The notes beneath the pieces are model-generated. The model was not told where the DNA came from. It saw nothing but the letters and a program-made list of their open reading frames with translations, and did not search any database. A stretch of DNA of 38,934 bases from a virus (lineage: Duplodnaviria > Caudoviricetes): positions 1-38,934 of the IMG/VR virus record IMGVR_UViG_3300048598_000503; one strand, given 5' to 3'. Below, one piece after another: positions 17,375 to 26,972 of this stretch. Every line of letters begins with the position of its first letter. Position 1 is the stretch's first letter. The translations under genes and the position numbers were made by a program.

Positions 17375-17970
17375 CAGAGGAACCTCAGCCGCCGATGGCG
17401 CGAGAGATTGCGGTCGGCGGAGGCCTCCAGCGGGATGCGCGCGGCGCCACCCGCCCCGACCGTCGCGCGGTTTTCGTACCAGTCCGCGATCATCTGGAGG
17501 ATGCCCTGACGGACGCCGGCGGGGACCGCGGCGGCGTTGGCGAAGCCATGGTCGGCGTCGACGCGGACGGGTGCGGGCACCCTGCCAAGGGCCGGCCAGG
17601 TTGCTGCCTCGGCAGGAATGATCAGCGATCCCCGCATGTCCTCGATGAGGTGATAGGCATCGGAGGCCAGTGTCTGTTCGGCCCCGGCGGTGTCGGTGTA
17701 CTTGACCACGACTGCCGTCGCCCCCGGCAGGGCGAGCCGCAGCTCGCCACCACACCAGCCGGCGAAGCTGTGGCGCCAAGTCTGGTTCACCAGGCAGAGG
17801 CCGAGCCAGCCGTTCCATCCGTCGAGGAACTCGGTGACGCCGGCGATCATGTCGGTGATCACCGTGTCCTCGGCATCGTGGTCGATGCGCAGATGCGCCT
17901 TGGCCTGGGCGAGCGTGACAGGCATGGCCTCGGGCGGAGCGGTGCAGACCGGGACGAAGTCGCTGGCCAT
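17374..17970 (-). CDS. Head-tail connector (HK97 gp6-like)
   Basis: PVTLAQAKAHLRIDHDAED...VPAGVRQGILQMIADWYENR. Confidence 0.92.
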   Translation of the reverse strand: MASDFVPVCTAPPEAMPVTLAQAKAHLRIDHDAEDTVITDMIAGVTEFLDGWNGWLGLCLVNQTWRHSFAGWCGGELRLALPGATAVVVKYTDTAGAEQTLASDAYHLIEDMRGSLIIPAEAATWPALGRVPAPVRVDADHGFANAAAVPAGVRQGILQMIADWYENRATVGAGGAARIPLEASADRNLSRHRRLRFL

Positions 17971-17971
17971 G

Positions 17972-18169
17972 TCAGCCCTTCTTCCGCCTGGTCGAGGTGG
18001 TCTCGGCTGCGCGAACCGGCGTCGTCGTCTCGACCGGCGGATCGCGCAGGGGCGAAGCGATGCCGGCCTCGATCATGCGGCCCGCCTCGGCGTCCGACAC
18101 GTCCACGACGTCGCCGGGGTTGCGGACGAAGTCCACGCCGGCCTGGCACTGGATCATTCTGACTTTCAT
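17972..18169 (-). CDS. Small protein following the capsid gene (65 aa)
   Basis: GGAGG RBS; PGDVVDVSDAEAGRMIEAGIA pattern. Confidence 0.8.
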   Translation of the reverse strand: MKVRMIQCQAGVDFVRNPGDVVDVSDAEAGRMIEAGIASPLRDPPVETTTPVRAAETTSTRRKKG

Positions 18170-18193
18170 GGGATCCTCCGAACGGCTCGGAGA

Positions 18194-18217
18194 GCGGGCA
18201 GCCCGAAAGCCGCCCGC
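18194..18217 (-). other. UUCG-loop hairpin after the capsid gene (mRNA-stabilising or weak terminator)
   Basis: Minus strand GCGGGCGGCT-TTCG-GGCTGCCCGC; no clear U-tract. Confidence 0.6.
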
Positions 18218-18236
18218 CTTGCCGAACCGACCTCGA

Positions 18237-19505
18237 TCAGGAGGCGGCGGTGATGAGGTGCTTGACGGCGGCGGTGTCGCCGAGCTCGCCGTCGAAGCGG
18301 ATGAGGCCGGCGATGCCGAGATCCGGCCAGAAGCGCTCGCGAAGGACGCCGATGACGGGAGCCCCGACCTTGCGGACGAAGTACTTGGAGAAGTCACCGA
18401 AGAGCATGACCTTCTTCGCCGCAGCGAGGGCGTCCATGTCGTCGTTGATCGAGTAGCGGTAGCCGAGCAGCGTGCCCGGCGCGCCGGTGGTGACGTCGCC
18501 CATCTGCCAGAGGTAGTTGCCCTGGCCGTCCTTCAGCTTGCGGATGGCCGCCAGCGTCGTGTCGGCGAACATGAAGCGTGCCTTGGGCGAGCGGCGATAG
18601 GCCGAATTCACCGAGTGCAGGAGATCGATGATCTCGTCTCCGGTGATCGCCGCGGTGGCCGCCGCCGTCTTGCCGAGGCTCGAGGCGGTGACGACGCCGT
18701 TCGGATCACCGGTGCCGTCCCCGATCGTCAGTTCCTTGTTGGCGACGCGCGCAAGGCGCTCGCCCAGAAGGTCGCCGAGGAGCTGCTCGACGTTGAAAAT
18801 CGAATCCTGCGCCAGCTCCATGGAGAAGCGGACGAACTCGGTATCGAAGACGTAGGCGTCGAGCGACTTCTGCCCGAAGGTGACGTCCTTGCCGCCATCG
18901 TCGGTGAGGGCCGCGGCCTCGGTCTTCTTCTCGGCCGTGACGGCGGTATCGTCGACGGTCGGGATCTTGATCGGGTTGCCCGACGACGTGTTGAGGACGG
19001 TGCAGATGTCCTCGTCGTACATCGGCCCCCAGGCCTTCATGGTGCGGACGATGATGTCGGCGAGTTCCGTGGGAACGGTGAAACCACCAGCCGTGGTGGT
19101 GCCCGCGGTCTGGGCGCGGAACTCGGGCTGGGCGATCGCACCGACGCGGAGGATGTTGCGGTGCTCGGCCGGCAGGTCGGAGACGTTGCCGCCGCTGGCC
19201 AGCATCGCGTAGAAGGCCGTGCGGTAGTCGGGCTTGTCGCCTTCGTCGACGCCGGCGGCCTCGACAGAACCGCCGCTGGGACGGCGCGGGTCGGGCGCGT
19301 TGGCGCGCTTCTCGGCCGCCTCCAGCTTTTCCTGCCGCTCGATGCGCTCGCCGATGCGGTCGTGCTCGGCCATCATGGCGTCGAACTCGCGTTCGATCTC
19401 GGCGGCGCGCTCAGCCGGCGTATCGTCCTTGATCTCGTCGAACTTGGCGCGGGCATTGGTCGCAATGCGCGCCTGCTTCTCACGAAGCTCCTTCACGGTG
19501 CTCAT
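18237..19505 (-). CDS. Major capsid protein, HK97 fold with N-terminal delta domain
   Basis: Coiled N-terminus, GGFTVP, SMELAQDS, GDGTGDPNG, KLKDGQGNYLW, FGDFS motifs. Confidence 0.97.
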   Translation of the reverse strand: MSTVKELREKQARIATNARAKFDEIKDDTPAERAAEIEREFDAMMAEHDRIGERIERQEKLEAAEKRANAPDPRRPSGGSVEAAGVDEGDKPDYRTAFYAMLASGGNVSDLPAEHRNILRVGAIAQPEFRAQTAGTTTAGGFTVPTELADIIVRTMKAWGPMYDEDICTVLNTSSGNPIKIPTVDDTAVTAEKKTEAAALTDDGGKDVTFGQKSLDAYVFDTEFVRFSMELAQDSIFNVEQLLGDLLGERLARVANKELTIGDGTGDPNGVVTASSLGKTAAATAAITGDEIIDLLHSVNSAYRRSPKARFMFADTTLAAIRKLKDGQGNYLWQMGDVTTGAPGTLLGYRYSINDDMDALAAAKKVMLFGDFSKYFVRKVGAPVIGVLRERFWPDLGIAGLIRFDGELGDTAAVKHLITAAS

Positions 19506-19560
19506 GGCACAGCTCCTGTCGGTTGTTTCGGATGGGAGAGGCGCGCGCCCCTTGCCCCTC

Positions 19561-20145
19561 TCAGGCCCCGCGCATGACGCGCTGGCTGAGGTTCTTCTTC
19601 ATGCGGATGCGCCTGGCAGCCGCAGAATGGTTCTGCCGGCGGCGCTCGTCGCGCGCCGCCTCAAGAGAGCGAAGGCCGATCTCCGTGCCTTCGTATGCCG
19701 GGACATTGACGATCGAGACGTCATAGAGGCGCGCTTCGAGGACGCGCCGGTGGGGCGGCTCGACGGACTCGTCCCACTCCTGCCGGATGGCGGAAAAGGC
19801 GATCGACATCTTGTCGAGGTCGCCGCGCTTCATCTTGCCGACGATGGAACGGACGTCCGGATCCTCGGGATCGAGGTCGGCCTCCATGTAGAGGCCGCGG
19901 GCGTCTTCGCGCAGGGTCAGCGTGCCCGCCCTCGTCCGCCCCAGCGGCAGGCTGTCGTGGTTGATCAGGAAGACGACGTCGTCGCGCGTCACGGCCGCGG
20001 CGAAGGCTCCCGGCGCGAAGGACTCGGTGAAGTAGCCGGCGATGTCGGCGCGCTCGTCGAAGATGGCGGCATAGCCGGAGACCCGGATGCCATTTCCCTC
20101 CGCGCGGATCTCCGCCGGCAGGCTGAAGCGGACCTCACGCTGCAT
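19561..20145 (-). CDS. Prohead protease (HK97 family)
   Basis: SGYAAIF, LINHD, MSIAF, LYDVSIVNVPAYEGT. Confidence 0.96.
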   Translation of the reverse strand: MQREVRFSLPAEIRAEGNGIRVSGYAAIFDERADIAGYFTESFAPGAFAAAVTRDDVVFLINHDSLPLGRTRAGTLTLREDARGLYMEADLDPEDPDVRSIVGKMKRGDLDKMSIAFSAIRQEWDESVEPPHRRVLEARLYDVSIVNVPAYEGTEIGLRSLEAARDERRRQNHSAAARRIRMKKNLSQRVMRGA

Positions 20146-21388
20146 CGCTGTCGTCTCCCTTGTCGGTATCAGTCAGGGCCAGCCCCGGCCGTGCGGCGGG
20201 CGCGGTGCCGAGCGGCACCATGGCGCCCTGCATGTAGAGGCGGTCGCCGTGCTCAGCGGCCTGCCGGTTCTCCAGCGCCCGGGCCTCGTTCGGCATGAGG
20301 ATGCTCGCCTGGACGGCCTTGGAGAGGCCCTCCATCCGGCTCTTGAAGTCGCCACGCAGGAGGCCGTCGACGGCCAGCTCGACAAAGAGCCGGTTCGACA
20401 TCCGGCCGAAGAGCTTCAGGTTCAGTTCCTGCTCGAACTGCGTTGCAAGGCTCCGCAGCCGGTGCTTCACGAAGTGCAGATCCTGCTGCTCGGTGTTCGA
20501 GAAGGTGCCGTGGGTGAGATCCTGCAGGAAGGTCGGCGGAATCGTCAGGATCCGCGCGATCTGCTCGATGACGAAGCGGTGCGCCTCGATCAGTTGCGCC
20601 TTGTCCGCGTCGACGCCGATCGACTTGATGTCGACGCCGTCCGGCAGCGGCAGCGCCAGGCGCTGCTCGCGGGATGCCCGCTTGACCGCATCCTGCAGGT
20701 CGGCACTGGCACGGGCCACAGCGCCCGGCGAGAGGAACTTGCCGACCAGAGCAAAGGGCGGAACGCCGCCGTTCTGGAAGAACTTCGACGAGTACTGGGT
20801 GAGCGCGATGGCGAGGCCGAGCACGTCGCGGTGCATGGCGACCGGCCCGCGGTGCCGGACCATGTCCGGCTTGAGCATGAAGGTGATGTCGATCACCTCA
20901 CTGGCCTGGTAGGTCTTCGGTGTGCCGCCGTCACGGAAGAGATAGACGCGGCGCCCCTCCTCCCGCTTGACCGTGAGGCCGGCGGGGTCGAGCGGCCAGA
21001 GATTCATGATCCGCCCGGCCGAGCTGCGCTCGATGAAGGTGACGGCGCGACCGCCGGTGAAGACGTTGTCGTAGATCCACTTGCGCCAGGCGAACGATGA
21101 GGTCTCGTCGTTGACGGCGTCGTGCAGGAGGGTGGCCAGCGGCGACTTCTGCCGCTCGTTGCCGCCTTCGCCGCGGCGGTAGAGGTGCAGCGGCAGGCTC
21201 GCCATGGTCCCCGAGAGGAAATTGACGCCACCGCCATAGGCCGGAACGCCGAGGGCATTTTCGATAGACACGGAGATGCCGGCGCTGGAGGCGAGCGCGC
21301 CGAGCCCGAAATACTCGAGGAAATTGGCGGCCGAGACTGGCACGGCTGTGCTCTCGATGCTGGCGCGTGTTTCGGTTGCCTTGGCCAT
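20135..21388 (-). CDS. Portal protein (HK97 family)
   Basis: MASLPLHLY, FFQNGGVP, IARILTIPP, TFSNTEQQ, MPNEARALEN. Confidence 0.97.
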   Translation of the reverse strand: MAKATETRASIESTAVPVSAANFLEYFGLGALASSAGISVSIENALGVPAYGGGVNFLSGTMASLPLHLYRRGEGGNERQKSPLATLLHDAVNDETSSFAWRKWIYDNVFTGGRAVTFIERSSAGRIMNLWPLDPAGLTVKREEGRRVYLFRDGGTPKTYQASEVIDITFMLKPDMVRHRGPVAMHRDVLGLAIALTQYSSKFFQNGGVPPFALVGKFLSPGAVARASADLQDAVKRASREQRLALPLPDGVDIKSIGVDADKAQLIEAHRFVIEQIARILTIPPTFLQDLTHGTFSNTEQQDLHFVKHRLRSLATQFEQELNLKLFGRMSNRLFVELAVDGLLRGDFKSRMEGLSKAVQASILMPNEARALENRQAAEHGDRLYMQGAMVPLGTAPAARPGLALTDTDKGDDSDAA

Positions 21389-23097
21389 CAGACAGCCATC
21401 CTGAACTCGGGGTCTTCCCAGGGCGCGACCGCGACGGCCTCGGGGTTCGTCGCCATGAGGCTGACGGCGTTGAAGAGCGACATCAGCGGATCGATCTTGG
21501 CGTTGCCGGATGCCGCCTTGGTGATCGACACGGCGTTGCCCTTGGGCTCGACCTTGGCGTTGCGGATGGACCAGGCCATGAGCCGCGAGCCGGTATGGAC
21601 GAGCGTGCGGCCGGCAAGCCGGCGCTCGGTCGTCTTGATCGCGCCCGACATTTTCCAGCCCTGCCCGATGCCGACGATGCGGTCCTCATGGATGCCGCGG
21701 GCCCGGATCTCCGCGACCGTGGCGCCGATGCCGTAGACGTCCACGCCGATGGCGTGCTTGTGGGCCAGGAGGCCGGCAGACTCGGCTTCCATGATGATGT
21801 CGGCGGCCTGGGCGACATCGTCTCCCGGGCGGGACACGATCGTCAGGTCACCGTCGGCCTCGAAGTCGCGCAGCTGGGCGACGATGTCCTTGCGGCGTTC
21901 GAGCACGATCTCGTGGGCCCAGGCATGGGACCAGGCGAGCCACTCGCCGGAGACCGTGTCGCGGCCGAGCAGGGTGAGGCCGTAGAGATCGTCGAGACCG
22001 CCGCCATCGATGCCGGCGACGATGACGTCGGACCTGTCGATGAGGCTGCGAAGCGTCAGAGCCTTGTCGCCGTTCCGCTCCCAGTATCGCCCGCCGACCC
22101 AGGCATCGGCGCGCAGTGCGAGGCCGATCTCGATGTTGAGGTGCTGGGACGCCCAGCCGCGCAGCGCCTCCGGCCCCTCAGCCTTGGCAGCGCGATAGTC
22201 CGGCATGAGCCGGTCGACGGTGATCGACCGGCCGGCATTCGGCGTGACCATGCGCCAGTGCTCGGGGTTCTCCCAGGGAAAGAGCCCGTCCGGCTGGACC
22301 TCGCAGACGCCGAGTGCCTCCGGGAACTCGTAGAGCACCGGAAGGATGGCTTCCTCCAGCCGGCCGTCCCGGACCGCCCGGGCCTTGTTGAGCTCGGCGG
22401 CAAAGACGCCGGCCGGCGGGCGCTCGGACTGCGTCGTGATCGTCATCATGAAGCCTTCCGGCTGCGAGATGAGACCGCCGCGCAGCTGGCGGATGACGCG
22501 ATCGGCCTCGGGGGCCGAGGCGACGACATGCAGCTCGTCGATCAGGATCCCCGACGGCTTCGTGCCGGTGACGATCTTCGGGTCGAAGCTCTTCACCTCC
22601 AGCGTGGCGCCGGTGCGCTTGTGGGTGATGCGCTTCAGGTGCGTCTGGATGTGAAACACCTTGTTCGACAGGTAGCTGTCGAGGGCGATGGCACCCGCCG
22701 CCTGGTCGAAGGCGAGATCGGCAATCTTCTGGGTCGGAGCGATCAGCAGGAAGGAGGCGTTCGGCCGCTGATTGACCAGGAGCGCGACCACCATCAGCAG
22801 GGCACCGTTGGTGGTCTTCGAGTTCTTCTTCGGGACCAAGAGGAAGACCTCGCGGATCAGCCTCTGGCCAGAGGCGGGATCGAGAGAACCAAACAGCGCC
22901 CGCACGATGGCGCGAAACCACTCGCCGGCCGCCCGCTGCATGGTCGGGCTTCCCTTCACATCGGGAAGCCGCAGCATGTTGAACGCGTTGACGGCCTGCT
23001 CGGCCGATTCTGCGAACAGCGGGAGATCAGGAACGAGGGGTCGGCCGGCGCGCAGCCGCTCCTCCCAGTCCGGACAGGCGAGGGTCCAGGCGGTCAT
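21388..23097 (-). CDS. terL: Terminase large subunit
   Basis: Walker A-like VPKKNSKT, Walker B ILIDELH, GIDGGGLDDL and KIDPLM nuclease motifs. Confidence 0.97.
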   Translation of the reverse strand: MTAWTLACPDWEERLRAGRPLVPDLPLFAESAEQAVNAFNMLRLPDVKGSPTMQRAAGEWFRAIVRALFGSLDPASGQRLIREVFLLVPKKNSKTTNGALLMVVALLVNQRPNASFLLIAPTQKIADLAFDQAAGAIALDSYLSNKVFHIQTHLKRITHKRTGATLEVKSFDPKIVTGTKPSGILIDELHVVASAPEADRVIRQLRGGLISQPEGFMMTITTQSERPPAGVFAAELNKARAVRDGRLEEAILPVLYEFPEALGVCEVQPDGLFPWENPEHWRMVTPNAGRSITVDRLMPDYRAAKAEGPEALRGWASQHLNIEIGLALRADAWVGGRYWERNGDKALTLRSLIDRSDVIVAGIDGGGLDDLYGLTLLGRDTVSGEWLAWSHAWAHEIVLERRKDIVAQLRDFEADGDLTIVSRPGDDVAQAADIIMEAESAGLLAHKHAIGVDVYGIGATVAEIRARGIHEDRIVGIGQGWKMSGAIKTTERRLAGRTLVHTGSRLMAWSIRNAKVEPKGNAVSITKAASGNAKIDPLMSLFNAVSLMATNPEAVAVAPWEDPEFRMAV

Positions 23098-23579
23098 CAG
23101 TTGGGCTGGCCGCCAGCCTTGTGGAGAACGCCCTCCCAGGCCGAGGCGTGGGCCGCGACAGGATCGTCGCTGGCAGGCGCATCCTCACCCGTGCCGAGAG
23201 GAAGTTGATCCTGCGGCGCGATCGGCTTCTGGCCGAGCAACGCCTGGGTGATGGCGAAGCGATAGCGCGGATTGAGGCCGAGGGAGTCCTCGAGGGCCTT
23301 CATCGCGGTCTCGCAGCGCTCGCGCAGGCGAACCTCGGGCCGCAGCCGAACCATGTCCTCGACGTGCTTGGAGGAAGTCGTGTAGGTCGCGCCTTCCTTG
23401 CGGATGACGCGAGTGTGGGAGATCCACTCCGCCATGTACTGGCAGTACCGGCCGAGGGCGTTGTGGTCGGTCGACTCGAGGAAGCGGATCGATACCAGAT
23501 CCTGATGCAGGCGCTCCCAGATCCGGCGAGCCGCCGCGTCCTCGAGCCAGGCCGGCGCGGTGCGCGCTTTCTTTGCCAT
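23097..23579 (-). CDS. terS: Terminase small subunit (P27 family)
   Basis: PAWL...ARRIW, ALGRYC, LGLNPRYR motifs; immediately upstream of terL. Confidence 0.92.
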   Translation of the reverse strand: MAKKARTAPAWLEDAAARRIWERLHQDLVSIRFLESTDHNALGRYCQYMAEWISHTRVIRKEGATYTTSSKHVEDMVRLRPEVRLRERCETAMKALEDSLGLNPRYRFAITQALLGQKPIAPQDQLPLGTGEDAPASDDPVAAHASAWEGVLHKAGGQPN

Positions 23580-23589
23580 GGCTATTACC

Positions 23590-23712
23590 TGTTAAGTCGC
23601 TGGAATAAAAAAGTTTTCGCGCGAACGAGACCCAAAAAATCCCTGAATGAGGGAAGAAGCGGTCAATCGCGATCGCGATCTAGAGATCCGACCCACCCCC
23701 CGGGTGGCGGGC
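23590..23712. other. Probable cos / packaging region
   Basis: Between HNH and terS; GC-rich CCACCCCCCGGG then A/T tracts, plus the perfect 14-bp palindrome ATCGCGATCGCGAT (23666-23679); layout typical of HNH-associated cos phages; exact cut site not determinable. Confidence 0.55.
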
Positions 23713-24018
23713 CATTCGAGAGGCCCGCGATCGGGCGCCCTTCAGGGTGTTGTGCTGGACGCAAAGACACTGGCCATTGGCGATGTCGAACCGCGCGCCC
23801 CCGTCCTTCACCTCAATGATGTGGTCAGCGACCACGCGGTGCATCGGAGCAGCCTTGTCGCAGCCGGGCCACTGGCATCGCCCACCATCCCGCTCGATGA
23901 CTGCTGCCGACCATTGGCGATGCAGAGCGTTCTGATAGACCGCATCTGCCTGCTTTGCGGGCTGGGCCGCCACCCGCGTGTCCAGCATCGCCACGGATGG
24001 CTTCAACGTCCTAACCAT
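23680..24018 (-). CDS. HNH endonuclease (HK97 gp74-like terminase cofactor)
   Basis: RDGGRCQWPGC...ADHIIEVKDGG...NGQCLCVQHNTLK; directly upstream of terS. Confidence 0.92.
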   Translation of the reverse strand: MVRTLKPSVAMLDTRVAAQPAKQADAVYQNALHRQWSAAVIERDGGRCQWPGCDKAAPMHRVVADHIIEVKDGGARFDIANGQCLCVQHNTLKGARSRASRMARHPGGGSDL

Positions 24019-24148
24019 GCATGCGATGCCGATGACTTGGGGGACAGAAGGGGGGCGCCCCGCCCCGCCCTGCCTCGCTCCCCCGAACGATCCCGGGCTC
24101 GGCGTCACCGTGCCGATCGGGCGAGGCAGGGCGCTGCCCTATGCCTCT

Positions 24149-24180
24149 GAAATGACGAAGCCCGGCGCGATGGCCGGGCT
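24149..24180 (-). terminator. Terminator between antiterminator gene and late operon (tR'-like)
   Basis: AGCCCGGC-CATCGC-GCCGGGCT stem followed by TCGTCATTTC (imperfect U-tract). Confidence 0.6.
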
Positions 24181-24260
24181 GTTCAGGTCGTCTATGGCAT
24201 CCGCACGGCGGGGTGAATCACACCCTCCGTGCCGCCGCCACCCTCGCCGATGTCATCCGG

Positions 24261-24821
24261 TCAAGCCGACCGTCGCCTGGCGATTCGAGCTACCTCTGTG
24301 TGGATCTCATTCTCCCCACCGAGGATGCGCAACAACAGGCTGCAACGGCCGCGCCTGTCAAGCGACTTGATTCTCGCGAGATGACCGTCGAACGGCCCAC
24401 CCTTCAAGGTCACCTCGTCACCCGCTTGAAACAACACGACATTCGGCTGCGCAGCGCGGTCCGGCATCGCCGTCATCAGCCGCTCCACGAAGCCCTTCGG
24501 CAGCCGCAGCGGCGACCAGCTCGGCGCGCCGGTCGTCAGAATCCGCGACACGCCGAAAGCCGAAGCGATTCGCGGCCAGGGGTCGCGCACCGCGTCGAAG
24601 GGCACGAAGAGGTAGTGCGGAAAGGTCGGCTTCTGCACCACCGTCTCGGTGCCCTTGCGGCCGCAGCGCAGGGTCACCGGCATGGTCGGCGCATAGCACT
24701 GGAAGCCGAGCCGGGCGATCGAGCGGCTGGCCAGCGCCTCGCTCTGCGGCTTCGTCGCCACCACGTACCAGTCGAGCATCGGCACGCCGTCCGTCATCCC
24801 GTCCATCCCGCCCTCGCTCAT
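24261..24821 (-). CDS. NusG/RfaH-family transcription antiterminator (late gene regulator)
   Basis: NGN domain (WYVVATKPQSE, FPHYLFV, GVSRIL) plus KOW (GDEVTLKGGPFDG); occupies the lambda Q position. Confidence 0.92.
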   Translation of the reverse strand: MSEGGMDGMTDGVPMLDWYVVATKPQSEALASRSIARLGFQCYAPTMPVTLRCGRKGTETVVQKPTFPHYLFVPFDAVRDPWPRIASAFGVSRILTTGAPSWSPLRLPKGFVERLMTAMPDRAAQPNVVLFQAGDEVTLKGGPFDGHLARIKSLDRRGRCSLLLRILGGENEIHTEVARIARRRSA

Positions 24822-25903
24822 AGCCCGCTGACCCGCGCAAACTCGTCATGGCTCTCGGCCGGCGCATCGCGCCCTCCGGCAGCCGCAGCCGCCATCCGCG
24901 GCGGCCAGAGCGAGGGCATGTGACGGCCGACGCCGGCCTCGTGTTTCGACGGAAAGCCCACCATCCGCCGGCCCTCCCGCGCCTCGTGCCGGGCCCAGGC
25001 CTCCCATTCGGCAGAGCCCTCCCGCACCCAGAACACCGCCATGGCGCTGCCGTCCCGGCGGCCGGCCCGCACATGGTCCAGCGCCTGCCAGGCCTTGTCG
25101 CGGAGATAGGCCTTGGCCGTGCCGAAGCGCTTGCCCTCCCGCCGCATCTGCGCCCGCCAGTCGGCGAGCCGCGCCACGGCCTGCCGCCGGTCCTCCGCCG
25201 AAAGCTTCGCCCATGTCCGCCGCACGACCTCCGGCAGGTCGCCGGCCGTCTTCGGCTCCCAGCTGGCGAGGAAGGCATCCGCTCCGGCGGGGTCCGGGCT
25301 CCAGCCGTCCGGCTGCCAGCCCGAAGGCCTCTTGTCCGAAGGCACCACCGCTAGGGGCTGTCCCACTGATGGCGCTGCCTCGCGCATCGCGCACGAGGGG
25401 GCCAAGGGGGATAGAGGTTCACTTCCAGGTTCATCTATATGGGTAGGGGTGATTTCACCCCCACCCTGGGGGTCCGCAGACCCCCACCCCCTACCTTCGG
25501 GGGGTAGGGGTGAATCCACCCCCACCCCCTCAACATCTTGTGTCTCTTCCGGCTCGTCGGGCGCATCCGGCAGCGGCGGCGTCCAGCCCAGTTCCGCCGC
25601 CTTCTCGCGGGCCGCGTCGTCGTGCAGCACGATGAGCAGGGAGGTGTCGTGGCTTCCGTCCGCCTTCAGCCGGCGCACCCGGGCGATGAGGCCGAGCTGC
25701 TCCAGCTGGCGCAGCGCCCCCTTCACCCAGTCCAGCGAATTGCCATGGTCTTCCGCAAGCTTTCGCGGGCGGATGAAAGTATAGCCTGTGTCCTCGTTCT
25801 GCCGGTCGGCGACGCAGACCAGCAGCCAGCGCAGCGGCGCGGGAAGCTCCCGGCCCATGCGCCGCCCGGTCTCCATCGCCCAGCCGACCGCCTTGAAGCT
25901 CAT
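24818..25903 (-). CDS. Replication initiator with N-terminal winged HTH
   Basis: MSFKAVGWA...LLVCVADRQN...LRQLEQLGLIARVRR; internal DNA repeats; AKAYLRDKAW C-terminal motif. Confidence 0.82.
   Translation of the reverse strand: MSFKAVGWAMETGRRMGRELPAPLRWLLVCVADRQNEDTGYTFIRPRKLAEDHGNSLDWVKGALRQLEQLGLIARVRRLKADGSHDTSLLIVLHDDAAREKAAELGWTPPLPDAPDEPEETQDVEGVGVDSPLPPEGRGWGSADPQGGGEITPTHIDEPGSEPLSPLAPSCAMREAAPSVGQPLAVVPSDKRPSGWQPDGWSPDPAGADAFLASWEPKTAGDLPEVVRRTWAKLSAEDRRQAVARLADWRAQMRREGKRFGTAKAYLRDKAWQALDHVRAGRRDGSAMAVFWVREGSAEWEAWARHEAREGRRMVGFPSKHEAGVGRHMPSLWPPRMAAAAAGGRDAPAESHDEFARVSGL
25430..25530. repeat. Iteron cluster, probable replication origin inside the initiator gene
   Basis: Three palindromic units GGGGT-N6-ACCCCCACCC; 25441-25466 and 25502-25527 match at 24/26; short AT-rich flank TTCATCTATAT. 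Confidence 0.75.
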
Positions 25904-26436
25904 GCCCGGGCACCTTCCCGCTGGTCATTCTGCGAGCGGCCGTTCGTCGCCTCGAAATGCGCCATCATGATCGCCCGGCGCTCCGCAGGCGTCAGGGCCA
26001 GCATGGCCTCGACATCTGCGAGCCCTGCGGCCTTCAGGGCCGCCATGGCCCGCCGCTTGCCGTGCAGAACCGTCGTGTGGTCGCGGTTGCCCATCAGCCG
26101 GCCGATCAGCGGCAGCGAAAGGCCGTAATGCACCGCGCCGAGCCAGTAGAGCTCGTCGCGCGCCACCACCATGGCCCGGGCGCGGAAAGGCCCGCAGAGC
26201 TGCGCCACGCTGATGCCGACCTCCCGCGCCGTCTGGCGCAGCTGCAGGGTGAAGCGGGGGGCCGCCAACTCGGCAGGCTTGGCCCCGGCGTGCACCTCGG
26301 CCGCCACGGCCCGCTCCTCGAGCGTGTCGAGTTCTCCCCGCAGCGCGTCCAGCTGGCGGCGTATCGCCAGCGCCCGGGCGCGCATCTCAGCCGCCGCGTC
26401 ACGCCGAAAGGGACCCCCGCCAGGTCGCGTCATCAT
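25900..26436 (-). CDS. DnaA C-terminal-type HTH protein
   Basis: ARDELYWL...LSLPLIGRLMGNRDHTTVLHG signature; ATGA coupling. Confidence 0.9.
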   Translation of the reverse strand: MMTRPGGGPFRRDAAAEMRARALAIRRQLDALRGELDTLEERAVAAEVHAGAKPAELAAPRFTLQLRQTAREVGISVAQLCGPFRARAMVVARDELYWLGAVHYGLSLPLIGRLMGNRDHTTVLHGKRRAMAALKAAGLADVEAMLALTPAERRAIMMAHFEATNGRSQNDQREGARA

Positions 26437-26972
26437 CGCCTCCACGCATAGACACGGGTTGCAGAAGCGCCGAGGCGGCCGGGCATCATCCCCTCCGCCA
26501 TCAGCACGCGCTCCACGGCCCCGACATCGGCCGTGCCGTCGGGCCTCATCCAGTCGGGCGGGCCGCCGCCCTCCCGCCGTCCGGCGATATGCAGGGCGCG
26601 CAGCCCCGCCTTGGCCGCCGCCGTGTCGAGGAAGCCCGCCACCCGCACCCAGCCGGGCGAGCCGATCGCCGGCCCCATCCATTTCCGCAGCACCGGCACG
26701 AGCCCCGGCGCACCGGCTTCTGGCGTCGGCACGATCGCCCAGGACGCGTAGATCTGCCCGCCGGTGACCCTTTGGCGGTCGACGGTCAGGAGGCCGGCGG
26801 TGAAGTGCTCCGGCGGGCGGAATGGGTGAATGGTGAAGCGCCGGCCATAGGCGTGCTCGGCCGCGAGTTGCGCCATCTCCGCCGAGGCCGGCACGAAGCC
26901 GTCGGGGTCGGCGAGGCAGGCGGCCAGCCAGCGCGCGGCGTCGAAGTGGCCATGTTCGGCGAAGGCGGTCAT
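26433..26972 (-). CDS. Hypothetical protein (179 aa)
   Basis: GGAGG RBS, ATGA coupling on both sides (starts MTAFAEHGHF). Confidence 0.75.
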   Translation of the reverse strand: MTAFAEHGHFDAARWLAACLADPDGFVPASAEMAQLAAEHAYGRRFTIHPFRPPEHFTAGLLTVDRQRVTGGQIYASWAIVPTPEAGAPGLVPVLRKWMGPAIGSPGWVRVAGFLDTAAAKAGLRALHIAGRREGGGPPDWMRPDGTADVGAVERVLMAEGMMPGRLGASATRVYAWRR

